A stretch of DNA of 64,000 nucleotides from a virus (IMGVR_UViG_3300032782_000005:1-64000); one strand, 5' to 3'. Shown: positions 55,964 through 64,000, counted from the first letter of the stretch. Made by a program: numbers and translations. Notes: generated from the letters alone by a model not told the origin.

Positions 55964-57862
55964 ATGGGCTTTCCGGGAACAGGTCCGTTCGCGCACAAGG
56001 GGGCGGCGTCCTCTAACACGAACAACGTCACGACGGCCGGCATCGACACGACCGGGGCCGATCTTTTGATCTGCCTTGTGGCGACATACATCGGAGGCCC
56101 TTCGCCGACGTTGACGGATTCGGTCGGCGGCAACAGCAATAGCTGGACAAAGTACGGCGAACACACTGGCGGCGGCGGCAACGACGCGGGCCGCATCACG
56201 ATATTTTACTGCCAGGCCCCGGCCCACGTCGGCTCGGGGCACACGTTCACGGCGACCTCTACAGGCGGCTACCCGGCGATCAACGTGCAGGCGTGGACGG
56301 GCAGTGCATCAACTCCTGCGGACGGAACCAACGGGGCGACGGGCGCTGGCATCACGTCGCTGGCCACGGGCAACGTGTCGCCGACTCAGGACGGCGATTT
56401 ATTGGTGTCCGGCTGCTGCATCGGCAGCAGTCTGGCTCCCACGTCCATCGACAGCGGCTTTACCTACATCACCGCCGATAAGATCACGAACGCCGGAAAC
56501 AACGAGGGCTTGGGCGGGGCGTGGCTGGTGCAAGGGGCGCATGCAACGGTCAATCCGACATGGAGTTTCAGCACCGCAAATCAGGTCGCTGTGAACGTGG
56601 CGGCGTTCAAGGGATCGCCAGCGGCAAGCAGTTCTTCCGTTTTGAGCAGCAGTTCGTCGATTAGGGCGTCCCCGTCATCCTCGCCATCTTCGTCCCTTTC
56701 GGTCGCGCCGCCGTCCTCAAGTCCTTCGCCATCCGCCAGCGTCCTTCCATCAAGTAGCCCTTCCAGCGCATTGCCGTCCGCATCACCAAGCCCATCGAGC
56801 AGCATTGCGGTTTCGCCGTCGCCAAGCGCTTCCCCAAGTCCATCCAGCAGCGGGCCATCCTTAACAAGCCCAGCCATTGCGCCGTCGAGCAGTCCAAGCC
56901 CATCGCCTTCTCCGTCGAGCCCTTCTCCTTCTGCGAGCGCTTCGCCCAGCGCAGCGAAGAGTCCGTCAGCATCGCCATCAGTCAGTCCTTCGTCGTCGCC
57001 ATCGACTAGTCCGTCGGTCAGCGCATCCGTATCAACTTCAGCGTCTCTAAATCCGTCTGTGAGCGCCGCGCCGTCCGTTTCTTCCTCGTCGTCGCTGAGC
57101 AGTTCCCTGATCGTCTCGGCGAGTCCCCGGGTCAGTTCATCGTCGCCTAGTCCATCATCGAGCCTCGGTCCATCTGCGTCGGCCAGCGCATCTCCGAGCA
57201 AGAGCGTGGCGCCATCTTCCTCAGCGAGTCTGTCGTCATCCCTGTTCGTGGCCCCATCTGTTTCATCCAGCAGTGGACCGTCTCCGTCCGTCTCGATCAG
57301 CGCCTCTGTCGCATCCTCACGCGCCCCGAGCAGCCTGTCGTCAATTATCTCAATCTCATCGAGTGTTTCGCCAAGTGCGTCGGTCAGCCCATCGGCCAGC
57401 GCCTCGGCTTCACCCTCAGTCTCGTCGGCTAAAAGCCCGTCAGCGAGTCCATTCGCCTCGTCGTCGCCGTCTGTCGTGGCATCGTCCGGCTCTCCATCAC
57501 CGTTTTCCAGCAAGATAAGCCCGTCGAGCAGCCTGAGCAGCATCTTCGCCGTCCCAAGTTCATCGCTGCTGTCGAGCCTGAGTCCGTTCAGCCTTAGCAT
57601 TTCCTCGCTGAGTCCGTCTCCGCGCTCGTCGCCATCTATTTCCCCAAGCAGTCGGTCGCCGGCCTCGCTCCCCTCGATCTCACCTGTCTCATCCTCAGCC
57701 GCCTCGGCGTCGAGCGCGCAGCCCGTGATCCTCATTGGAGCCCTCGTTCTGGATAAGCTATATTTCGATTCTGTCGTGGTGGACCATGGGAAGTTCGAGA
57801 CGCCGGTGCTCGACAAGGCGGCGTTCGTCTCGACCATTGTTGACAGGGCCAAACTACCCTAA
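55964..57862 (+). CDS. Putative virion protein with ~365-aa mucin-like Ser/Pro/Ala stalk
   Basis: N-terminal beta domain (IDTTGADLL...), long low-complexity Ser tract, short C-terminal (V)D-K/H repeats. Confidence 0.7.
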   Translation: MGFPGTGPFAHKGAASSNTNNVTTAGIDTTGADLLICLVATYIGGPSPTLTDSVGGNSNSWTKYGEHTGGGGNDAGRITIFYCQAPAHVGSGHTFTATSTGGYPAINVQAWTGSASTPADGTNGATGAGITSLATGNVSPTQDGDLLVSGCCIGSSLAPTSIDSGFTYITADKITNAGNNEGLGGAWLVQGAHATVNPTWSFSTANQVAVNVAAFKGSPAASSSSVLSSSSSIRASPSSSPSSSLSVAPPSSSPSPSASVLPSSSPSSALPSASPSPSSSIAVSPSPSASPSPSSSGPSLTSPAIAPSSSPSPSPSPSSPSPSASASPSAAKSPSASPSVSPSSSPSTSPSVSASVSTSASLNPSVSAAPSVSSSSSLSSSLIVSASPRVSSSSPSPSSSLGPSASASASPSKSVAPSSSASLSSSLFVAPSVSSSSGPSPSVSISASVASSRAPSSLSSIISISSSVSPSASVSPSASASASPSVSSAKSPSASPFASSSPSVVASSGSPSPFSSKISPSSSLSSIFAVPSSSLLSSLSPFSLSISSLSPSPRSSPSISPSSRSPASLPSISPVSSSAASASSAQPVILIGALVLDKLYFDSVVVDHGKFETPVLDKAAFVSTIVDRAKLP

Positions 57863-57890
57863 AGGGGCACAATAGCTATCTCACAATTTC

Positions 57891-57912
57891 CTACTGGTAA
57901 TTTTACCAGTAG
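57891..57912. repeat. 22-bp palindrome copy 7 (exact)
   Basis: CTACTGGTAATTTTACCAGTAG. Confidence 0.95.
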
Positions 57913-57925
57913 CGGAGAGAACCTT

Positions 57926-58240
57926 ATGCAAACGGGCGCAACTACAACAGGGCTAAGGGATTTCGCCATCGGCTCGGTCGAGAAATTCGTGCTGTCGGTG
58001 GACCTGAACGGCCTGCCGAACAGTCTGGCGGGAGGGTCGGCGACGATCACGTTCGCTGACCCGGCGGCGAATCTTTATGGCCCATTCGCGGCGAGCATCG
58101 TGGGGGATGATGCTCAGTATACGTTCATGATCATTGGGCCGTCGGGGGGATGGGCACGGAGTTGGACTTTCACGGATGCGAACGGAGTGCATCAGGTGTC
58201 CCTGCCCATACCTTTCGATGTTGTCAGCAGTCCGGTGTGA
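57926..58240 (+). CDS. Small beta-sandwich protein (BppU-N-like)
   Basis: AT.TF.DP...Y......G.W...W...D...S....F.V pattern. Confidence 0.5.
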   Translation: MQTGATTTGLRDFAIGSVEKFVLSVDLNGLPNSLAGGSATITFADPAANLYGPFAASIVGDDAQYTFMIIGPSGGWARSWTFTDANGVHQVSLPIPFDVVSSPV

Positions 58241-58313
58241 ATTTCCCTTGTTTTCCTGCGATTTTTGCCTAGAATCGTGCTTAGACCGCTCAAGCAGCGG
58301 ATCGGAGGTTCCT

Positions 58314-58505
58314 GTGGCGAAGCGCGACCGTGCGACCAACCTGAAATTGGCGGCCCAGATGCTTGGCAAGAGGGGCGGCAAGAAGGGCGGACCAGCCCGC
58401 GCCAGAATGCTGACACATGACGAAAGAGTCAAGATTGCCTCGGCGGGCGGCCATGCCAAGGCGGCACAGCACGGCGGCAAGAAAAAGGGAGATGCGGACA
58501 AATGA
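58314..58505 (+). CDS. Small basic protein with G..GG.KGG.ARA..LT..ER..IA motif
   Basis: GGAGGT RBS; TAGAAT upstream. Confidence 0.7.
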   Translation: MAKRDRATNLKLAAQMLGKRGGKKGGPARARMLTHDERVKIASAGGHAKAAQHGGKKKGDADK

Positions 58506-58837
58506 CGTTCGACGAGGAGAAGGAAGGCAAGATCGGCCTCAAGATATGGATGGAAAAGGCCGAACGAGAAATCTGCGAGAAGGCGGCGACGCTCGCCGGC
58601 CTTGACCTATGGGAGTGGGCCAAGAGGGAAATGCTGAGCGCAGCGCTGAGAACGTTCAAGCAGCCGGTTCTTTTTCCGGGCTGCGAGCCGGACAAGAACG
58701 CCGCAGCCATCGGCAGCGTGGGCGGCAAGCGCCGGGCCGAGAAGTTGACCGCCGAACAGAGAAGCGAAATCGCGCGGCTGGGCGGAAAGGCGCGGGCTGC
58801 TAAGAACGCTCAAGCAAACGGCAATTTTCCCCAATAG
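58502..58837 (+). CDS. RHH-like domain plus GGK.RA..LT.E.RSEIA motif
   Basis: ATGA coupling; motif shared with the previous gene. Confidence 0.65.
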   Translation: MTFDEEKEGKIGLKIWMEKAEREICEKAATLAGLDLWEWAKREMLSAALRTFKQPVLFPGCEPDKNAAAIGSVGGKRRAEKLTAEQRSEIARLGGKARAAKNAQANGNFPQ

Positions 58838-58847
58838 GAGCGGACCC

Positions 58848-59144
58848 ATGCCCCCCAAAGTCGTCTACCACCTGCCCGCCGCGACGGCCGCCCAACTCCG
58901 CGCCCTCGCTGAGCGCTGGGGCCAAGTGAGCGCCGGCGCCGTCATCTGCAACCTTGCCGCGGAAGCATGCGCGAGAGAAGGGATAGACCTTCCCCCTGGT
59001 ATCGTTCACAAGTCCGGGCGTCCCCGTATCCACCCTATCATTCCCCCCGAACTCCGGCGCCGGCCCGGCAGACCGCGCATCCGACCGATTCCGACCGGTC
59101 CTAAGCGCCGTCCAGGGCGCCCGCGCAAACATCCGGCCGCATAG
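58848..59144 (+). CDS. RHH-like protein with three AT-hook-like GRPR repeats
   Basis: SGRPRIHP, PGRPRIRP, PGRPRKHP; AGGAG RBS. Confidence 0.6.
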   Translation: MPPKVVYHLPAATAAQLRALAERWGQVSAGAVICNLAAEACAREGIDLPPGIVHKSGRPRIHPIIPPELRRRPGRPRIRPIPTGPKRRPGRPRKHPAA

Positions 59145-59379
59145 GTCGCAGATTGCACCATTTGCCCTAGGACGGCCGATCTGCCTTCAACCCGCCCTAT
59201 CCCCCATCCGCTCGCCCCGTCAGCGTAGGAGCCAATTCCCGCTCTGTTCACTACTTCCACTGTACGCCACGTGAAGAATTGATGAAATCAAGAAAAACGC
59301 GGATTTTCATTGCAACCTTTCGGCCAGTTCGGCGTATATATAGGTGTAGACTCGCCCGCGACACACAAGAGGGACGGTC

Positions 59380-59559
59380 ATGCAGGCGGAAAGTAAAGAT
59401 CGGGATGCCCGCCCGATCTTCCGTTGGCGTATGTACGTCATCGGGCGCCGCCTTGCATCGGTGACGTGGGCCGCAACGGCGGACGAGGCAAGGCGGCGCT
59501 GCGAAGCGCGCGGCCTAAAAGTGGTCCGCATCGAACCGGCCGGCGGAATGTTGGACTAA
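59380..59559 (+). CDS. Small early-type protein, 59 aa (not in ORF track)
   Basis: Motif and RBS; promoter-like TTGCAA...TATATA upstream. Confidence 0.55.
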   Translation: MQAESKDRDARPIFRWRMYVIGRRLASVTWAATADEARRRCEARGLKVVRIEPAGGMLD

Positions 59560-59592
59560 TGAGACTGACTCGCCCGCAAAGGGGAATGACCA

Positions 59593-59787
59593 ATGGCCAA
59601 TGCAACAATCGACCTGGCAACGCCGACGGAGGAAGTCGCACGCAGCGCCTACTTGACGTTGGCGCGACTTTGGCAAGCGGCGCGCGACCGCGCCCATGCG
59701 CGGGGCGAGCACTTGGAAGCGCTCACCTACGCCAATCGCGCCGCCGACGCAGCGTATCACGCTCACACAATTCGCCCGCTGTACTGA
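59593..59787 (+). CDS. Small early-type protein
   Basis: Motif and RBS. Confidence 0.6.
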   Translation: MANATIDLATPTEEVARSAYLTLARLWQAARDRAHARGEHLEALTYANRAADAAYHAHTIRPLY

Positions 59788-59817
59788 GCACGAGTGGTCG
59801 CCCTGGAGGACTGAGAC

Positions 59818-60381
59818 ATGGCGCAGACGACGGAAAGGGTCATCGGATTGTGGCTGGATTGCGACAGTGGCGATGAGCCGGGCTGGATCGTGTCGGCCGA
59901 CGAAGTGAATGAGGCACTGGAGACGCAGCACACCACCACACTGGCCGTCTACGGCGAGGACGAGGCGGATGAGGCGCGGGCGCATGCCGTGCGGATCGGT
60001 CAAGAGCGCGGGCTGCGCGTGCTGGAGATGTCGGATGCGGCTGGCGGATTCCGCAATCGGGTCATTGACGCGCGGGGAAAAATCATGGCGTTGAAACCTG
60101 GCGAACATTATGGCCTGCCCAATAGGGGCTGGCCGCCTTCCACGGTCTTTCGGGATACGGAGGGCAATTACTGGCTCTCCCGTCTGACAAAAGACCTGCG
60201 CTCCGAGCGACGCGAGCCGCTCACGAAGGAGCAGGCTGAGGCGCTGATAGAGGATGACGGTGACACGCCCTTGCAGCCAGCGATCTGCTGCTATTGCGGC
60301 GGTAAGAATCCGGATGCGCCGGCCACAGGCTCATTCGCATGCTGGTGCTGCGGCCAAACCGTCACAATCGACCCGTCGTGA
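59818..60381 (+). CDS. Early-type protein with C-terminal Zn ribbon
   Basis: GGAGG RBS; CCYCG...CWCCG. Confidence 0.6.
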   Translation: MAQTTERVIGLWLDCDSGDEPGWIVSADEVNEALETQHTTTLAVYGEDEADEARAHAVRIGQERGLRVLEMSDAAGGFRNRVIDARGKIMALKPGEHYGLPNRGWPPSTVFRDTEGNYWLSRLTKDLRSERREPLTKEQAEALIEDDGDTPLQPAICCYCGGKNPDAPATGSFACWCCGQTVTIDPS

Positions 60382-60486
60382 CCGACCACAGCAAGCGGCG
60401 CCCCGGACGTTCCGGGCGCCGCAAATGAAACGACCGGAGCGCCGCTTACGACGGCGCTCCGGTCTGAACAGCAAAGGAGTCAGCAC

Positions 60487-60711
60487 ATGCAAGCTATCCT
60501 ATCTGCCGCGCCCTGGATACCCCCGATTCTCCTTTCCGCCGGCGCCGCCCTCATGATCGGCCTGGCAATCGCCGCGGATCGTTGCGCCGCTGCCCTGTCC
60601 CGCAAGTGGGATGCGCGGCCCCAGTGGCGCGCCGAACAGCTCGCCCGAACTCGCCCCGGATGGACGCCGGCCTTTCCGCCCCCTCCGTCCAATCCCTTCC
60701 CCTGTCCCTGA
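60487..60711 (+). CDS. Small membrane protein
   Basis: AAAGGAG RBS; preceded by a perfect 13-bp inverted repeat at 60432-60464. Confidence 0.55.
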   Translation: MQAILSAAPWIPPILLSAGAALMIGLAIAADRCAAALSRKWDARPQWRAEQLARTRPGWTPAFPPPPSNPFPCP

Positions 60712-60742
60712 CCGCGACCTTCGCCCGCAAAGGAGCAAAACC

Positions 60743-61126
60743 ATGGCTGATGCAGACTTCCGGCGGCGCTGGCAATTCTTTCTTGAACATGCCGGATACT
60801 GTACTCCTCCGGGGCGCGCCGCCTGCGCCCTGTCTCTCGCCCGTGCGGAACGGGACGCGGAGTTTCACGAACTGGCGTTTCGCTGGGAAGATGATGCGGA
60901 CGGCTGGAGTGATATTCGATGCGACGAAAAGCGCTGGCCCGGCAAAGGTCCGCGCGAAACGTGCGAGAGTTGCGGATGCTACGATCCGGACGGCGTTTAC
61001 TTGACTGGACTCGGCGGAATATGGGATGCGGACGCCGATTACCGCCGAGTCATCCAGGCTCAACTCGCCCTTGAAGCGCTGGACGAACTGGTTTTCACAA
61101 TTGCCGAAACTGTCCCGCAAATCTGA
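60743..61126 (+). CDS. Early-type hypothetical protein
   Basis: Motif and RBS; FFLEHAGY, LGGI...YRRV..A.LA.EAL. Confidence 0.7.
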   Translation: MADADFRRRWQFFLEHAGYCTPPGRAACALSLARAERDAEFHELAFRWEDDADGWSDIRCDEKRWPGKGPRETCESCGCYDPDGVYLTGLGGIWDADADYRRVIQAQLALEALDELVFTIAETVPQI

Positions 61127-61156
61127 ACCCCGCTCGCCCGCAAGAGGATGCAGAAC

Positions 61157-61600
61157 ATGCCGCAACACAAACCGTTTCCGTACACTTTGGACCCCGAGCA
61201 AATCCCCACGAAGAAAAACCTGGACATGACACGCGCCGATTATGAAGGCGGCCCGTGCGTGCGTTACTCCTGCCCGGATGCGTGCTGGAAAGAGCACGTG
61301 GACGCATGGGTCCGCGAGAGACGCAAGGGAAACAATACTTCCCCCTGTCCCGAGCCTTACGGCCATTGCATGTTCATTCGCCCCGTCGGCTATGGCATGG
61401 TTCCCTACGGATGCACCGATCCCGCGACAATCCGCGCTGCCTGGGAATCGCACGTCCGCGCCATGCTCTCGGGTGGATGGGACCGCGACGTGAGCAAGGA
61501 GCAACTGGACAAGATCATCAACGCCACGGTTGAAGCGAAAATGAACGGCAAGGACATAGGCGCTGCTCCCTTCATGGCATGCGTCATGGCAACAATCTAG
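61157..61600 (+). CDS. Early-type hypothetical protein
   Basis: Motif and RBS. Confidence 0.6.
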   Translation: MPQHKPFPYTLDPEQIPTKKNLDMTRADYEGGPCVRYSCPDACWKEHVDAWVRERRKGNNTSPCPEPYGHCMFIRPVGYGMVPYGCTDPATIRAAWESHVRAMLSGGWDRDVSKEQLDKIINATVEAKMNGKDIGAAPFMACVMATI

Positions 61601-61676
61601 GCCACGGCGCCGCGGACGGAACGATAACCGGCTTTCGACGGCCGGCGGCGCACTCGCCCGGAAAGGGGAAACGATC

Positions 61677-62006
61677 ATGACGAAACGGGAGTATGCGGCA
61701 TACGTCGAACGGGTGGAATTCTATCTGAAAGGTCTGGAGTTCGTTTCGACCGGACCTTGCCCTGGATGCGAGGAATGCGCCGAATTCTTTCCGGACGGAC
61801 AGGACGGCGAATCGGTCTGCGAGCCGTGGTTTTCATGGTCGCCTTGCGAAATCTGCAATCGACCGCTCGGAGGGAACCGCGAACCATGGCACGGAGTTCT
61901 GGACGGCGAAATCGTTCATGGTTCGTGCTGCGTCGATTGCGTTTACTTCCTCAATTATGGCCAACTGGACGATATGACGATGGATGAAATCGAATCGTCC
62001 AACTAA
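61677..62006 (+). CDS. Early-type Cys-rich protein
   Basis: CPGC..C, FSWSPCEIC..PLGG.R, C.DC. Confidence 0.7.
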   Translation: MTKREYAAYVERVEFYLKGLEFVSTGPCPGCEECAEFFPDGQDGESVCEPWFSWSPCEICNRPLGGNREPWHGVLDGEIVHGSCCVDCVYFLNYGQLDDMTMDEIESSN

Positions 62007-62029
62007 TCCGCCCTGGCAAAGGAGAAGCG

Positions 62030-62425
62030 ATGATACTTCACCCACCATTCAAGATCGGCTCGCGCTTGCTGCCTTCCTTGGAAGTTGGGGGCGCATGGAT
62101 TTCGTTGGAACACGTCGGATACAGCAACAGCGGGCGCGACGTGTTCCGATGGTACATAGACCTCGCGGACGGAACCGAGTACAGCGCTGCGGACCTACGC
62201 AGCGGCTGCCAAGGATGCACAACGCAAGAGGCTTTCGGGACGTTGCTGGCGTTCCTTGATGCCTACGCCGAAGCGATTGCCTGGAAAGAGCGGACCGGCC
62301 GCGACTCGGAAAACGCGGATATCTTTCCGCCTGGCATGCGGCAGTGGGCGCGCGAGAACGCGGACGAACTCGGGATGCTGCGGTTAGAGATTGAAGAATC
62401 CGGCGCCGTCCTAATGGAGGAATGA
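62030..62425 (+). CDS. Early-type hypothetical protein
   Basis: AAAGGAG RBS; DLRSG...F..LL.FL.A.AEA. Confidence 0.7.
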   Translation: MILHPPFKIGSRLLPSLEVGGAWISLEHVGYSNSGRDVFRWYIDLADGTEYSAADLRSGCQGCTTQEAFGTLLAFLDAYAEAIAWKERTGRDSENADIFPPGMRQWARENADELGMLRLEIEESGAVLMEE

Positions 62426-62685
62426 CGATGGGCGCCCGCGCGGAAACATCATCAACCTTGGGATATCTGCTTATTCACGCGGACAACTCCCACTACTGGG
62501 ATGGGCAGACTTGGCGCCGGATATCCGGGCGCATCAATGGGGCGGAGTTCTTGGTGCGGACCCCCGTCGATCCGCTCACCAAACTGTATTCCGACCAAAA
62601 GACCGCGACGGCGGCCGCGCTCACCCTGGCCAAGCAACGGGGCGAGCACGCGCGGCCTTGCAGACTGCGTTTTGTGTGTCAGTAA
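62422..62685 (+). CDS. Hypothetical protein
   Basis: GGAGG RBS; ATGA coupling. Confidence 0.5.
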   Translation: MTMGARAETSSTLGYLLIHADNSHYWDGQTWRRISGRINGAEFLVRTPVDPLTKLYSDQKTATAAALTLAKQRGEHARPCRLRFVCQ

Positions 62686-62710
62686 CTCGCCCGCAAAGGA
62701 GCAAAGACCA

Positions 62711-63229
62711 ATGGCCGAAACAACCGCCTACGCTGCCGCAATCGCGGGAATCGCGCCCGACTTGTCCTACTCCGCCGAGTTCGTTCCGTGGAAACTGTCC
62801 CGGAACGCCGGAGAGAAATCGCCGTCCTTGAACTGGAAAATCACCCTGAAAACCCCGCGCGGTTCGCTCACAACGGACTACATGCAAGGAATTGGGCATT
62901 TGCCCGGATACAAGCATGGCCCCAAAAGCATCATGCAAGACGAACTGGAGCGCGTCGCCGCAGACTCGGGAAAGCTTCCGGGGCGCGGCGTGTTTGCCAA
63001 ACCGCTCGCCGCGCCCGCCCTGGCCGACGTGCTCCATTCGCTGCTCCTTGACGCCGAAGCGCTGGACTCCGCGACCTTTGAAGATTGGGCATGCGATCTC
63101 GGGTATGACACCGATTCCCGCAAGGCGGAATCCATCTATCGCGCGTGCCTTGCAATCGGCTTGAAACTGCGTCGGATGCTTGGCGACGAAACGATAGCAG
63201 CGCTCCGTGAAGCGCTGCGCGACCTGTAA
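62711..63229 (+). CDS. Early-type hypothetical protein
   Basis: Motif and RBS; DVL.SLL.DA....FEDWA.DLGYD.DSRKAE.IY.AC. Confidence 0.75.
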   Translation: MAETTAYAAAIAGIAPDLSYSAEFVPWKLSRNAGEKSPSLNWKITLKTPRGSLTTDYMQGIGHLPGYKHGPKSIMQDELERVAADSGKLPGRGVFAKPLAAPALADVLHSLLLDAEALDSATFEDWACDLGYDTDSRKAESIYRACLAIGLKLRRMLGDETIAALREALRDL

Positions 63230-63262
63230 CCCATCCCCCCTTCGCCCGGAGGTAAACGAACG

Positions 63263-63547
63263 ATGGCACACCGAACCTTCCCGACTCTGAAAGTCATCGG
63301 CTGCGACATATTCGACGATGACGCAAATCCAATTGCGCACATCGACCCACAAGAGGAGCAACCCTCTCAGACCGTTGCGGCCTATGCCAGACTATTCAGC
63401 GCCGCCCCGGAACTCCTCGCAGCGCTGCAAGCGCTGGCCAATGCGTGCCACGAAGCGCGAAAGCATCTCATTCTGGATGATGACAAGAAAACAGTGGAGG
63501 CGCTGAAGTCAGCCCGCGCCGCAATCCGCAAGGCGACAGGAGAGTAA
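63263..63547 (+). CDS. Early-type protein of the common phage AAPELLAAL family
   Basis: ARL..AAPELLAAL...ARAAI.KATG. Confidence 0.75.
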   Translation: MAHRTFPTLKVIGCDIFDDDANPIAHIDPQEEQPSQTVAAYARLFSAAPELLAALQALANACHEARKHLILDDDKKTVEALKSARAAIRKATGE

Positions 63548-63607
63548 CCCACAATCGCCGCACGGACCGCAACGCGCGGCCAGCTCGCCCGCACAAAGGA
63601 GCAAGCA

Positions 63608-63856
63608 ATGCGAAGGTACACAACGGTCGGGAATGTTCGCGGTTCATGCGGCCATCACCACCAGACCATCGAGAGCGCCGTGCGCTGCATGCAGCGCGAT
63701 CAGGCGGATTGTAAACGTCAAGGCGGTTATTCCGATCGCAATCTAATCGCCTTGGAGGACGGCCGGCGCGTCCCCTTGAAAGAGGCGGAATATCTGTATT
63801 CCGTCTCGGATGAATGCGACCGAAGAATCCATTCTCACAGACGCCGCCGCACCTAA
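63608..63856 (+). CDS. Early-type hypothetical protein
   Basis: Motif and RBS; G.VRGSCGH.H.T...A..C...D...C...GGYSDR. Confidence 0.7.
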   Translation: MRRYTTVGNVRGSCGHHHQTIESAVRCMQRDQADCKRQGGYSDRNLIALEDGRRVPLKEAEYLYSVSDECDRRIHSHRRRRT

Positions 63857-64000
63857 CATGTTCTTGGAGCGCCGCACGGAAAGCAAACGTGCGGCGTTTC
63901 CATGCGCCAACCCGTCCAGGATGCCCTAGAATCGCCGATCGTCGCGCCGGCCGGTCTATCGTGCGTGCGAAGTGAGCGGCCCGTAGGCGCAAAGACCGGA

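Larger units (their letters stand above)
59351..63601 (+). repeat. Dispersed start-associated motif (C/T)TCGCCCG(C/G)AAAGGAG, about 10 copies
   Basis: At 59351, 59569, 59798, 60721, 61133, 61653, 62008, 62686, 63241, 63584; each directly before an RBS and ATG. Confidence 0.85.

Noticed and set aside
56581-57852. 423-aa minus-strand Asp/Gly/Leu-rich ORF
   Set aside because: Antisense shadow of the Ser-rich tract; no RBS and opposite to the operon.
2044-57912. 22-bp repeats as a CRISPR array or as terminators
   Set aside because: Copies are kilobases apart with no spacers or cas genes; three are inside CDSs and most lack a U-tract.
1-64000. DGR, retron, integrase/att site, terminase, major capsid protein
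   Set aside because: No RT (YxDD), recombinase or terminase motifs and no TR/VR pair recognised; they may lie outside the window.

Overview
A 64-kb slice of a high-GC tailed-phage (or prophage/phage-plasmid) genome, transcribed almost entirely from the + strand. The host is probably a Planctomycete, inferred from an N-terminal 'RLERLEDRTTPS' export motif. Modules in order: virion genes in scrambled order (1-19.9 kb: LamG protein, Mu gpG-like protein, tail chaperone with -1 slippery site, tail tube, tape-measure-like protein, Mu-type portal, MuF-metallopeptidase fusion, Ser-rich adhesin-like proteins); a scarred minus-strand island (19.8-21.7 kb); a large sugar-modification cluster (21.8-38.2 kb: three GT9/heptosyltransferase-like proteins, HldE, GT2-like and GT34-like enzymes, methyltransferases, two radical SAM enzymes, a DegT aminotransferase, a GNAT, plus GroES); membrane/lysis-like genes with a papain-family peptidase (38.2-43.8 kb); recombination/replication genes (44-54 kb: ERF, YqaJ, LexA-like HTH, ParB-like protein, SF2 helicase, beta clamp); more Ser-rich virion-like genes (54.3-58.2 kb); and an early-type string of small genes (59.3-64 kb). 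No terminase, major capsid protein, integrase, reverse transcriptase or CRISPR array was recognised. Strongest non-obvious signals: (1) a 22-bp AT-cored palindrome, CTACTGGTAA(TT/AA)TTACCAGTAG, present 7 times, mostly 9-13 kb apart, with a one-sided conserved arm and one copy inside the ParB-like gene; (2) the same two-hairpin leader in front of three unrelated homing endonuclease genes; (3) two genes interrupted at UGA and continued in the +1 frame, one with the prfB-type TAT-CTT-TGA site; (4) an ADP-heptose/glycosyltransferase arsenal alongside mucin-like Ser-rich proteins; (5) a TCGCCCG motif before about 10 early-gene RBSs. All family calls come from motif recognition by eye, not from database searches.
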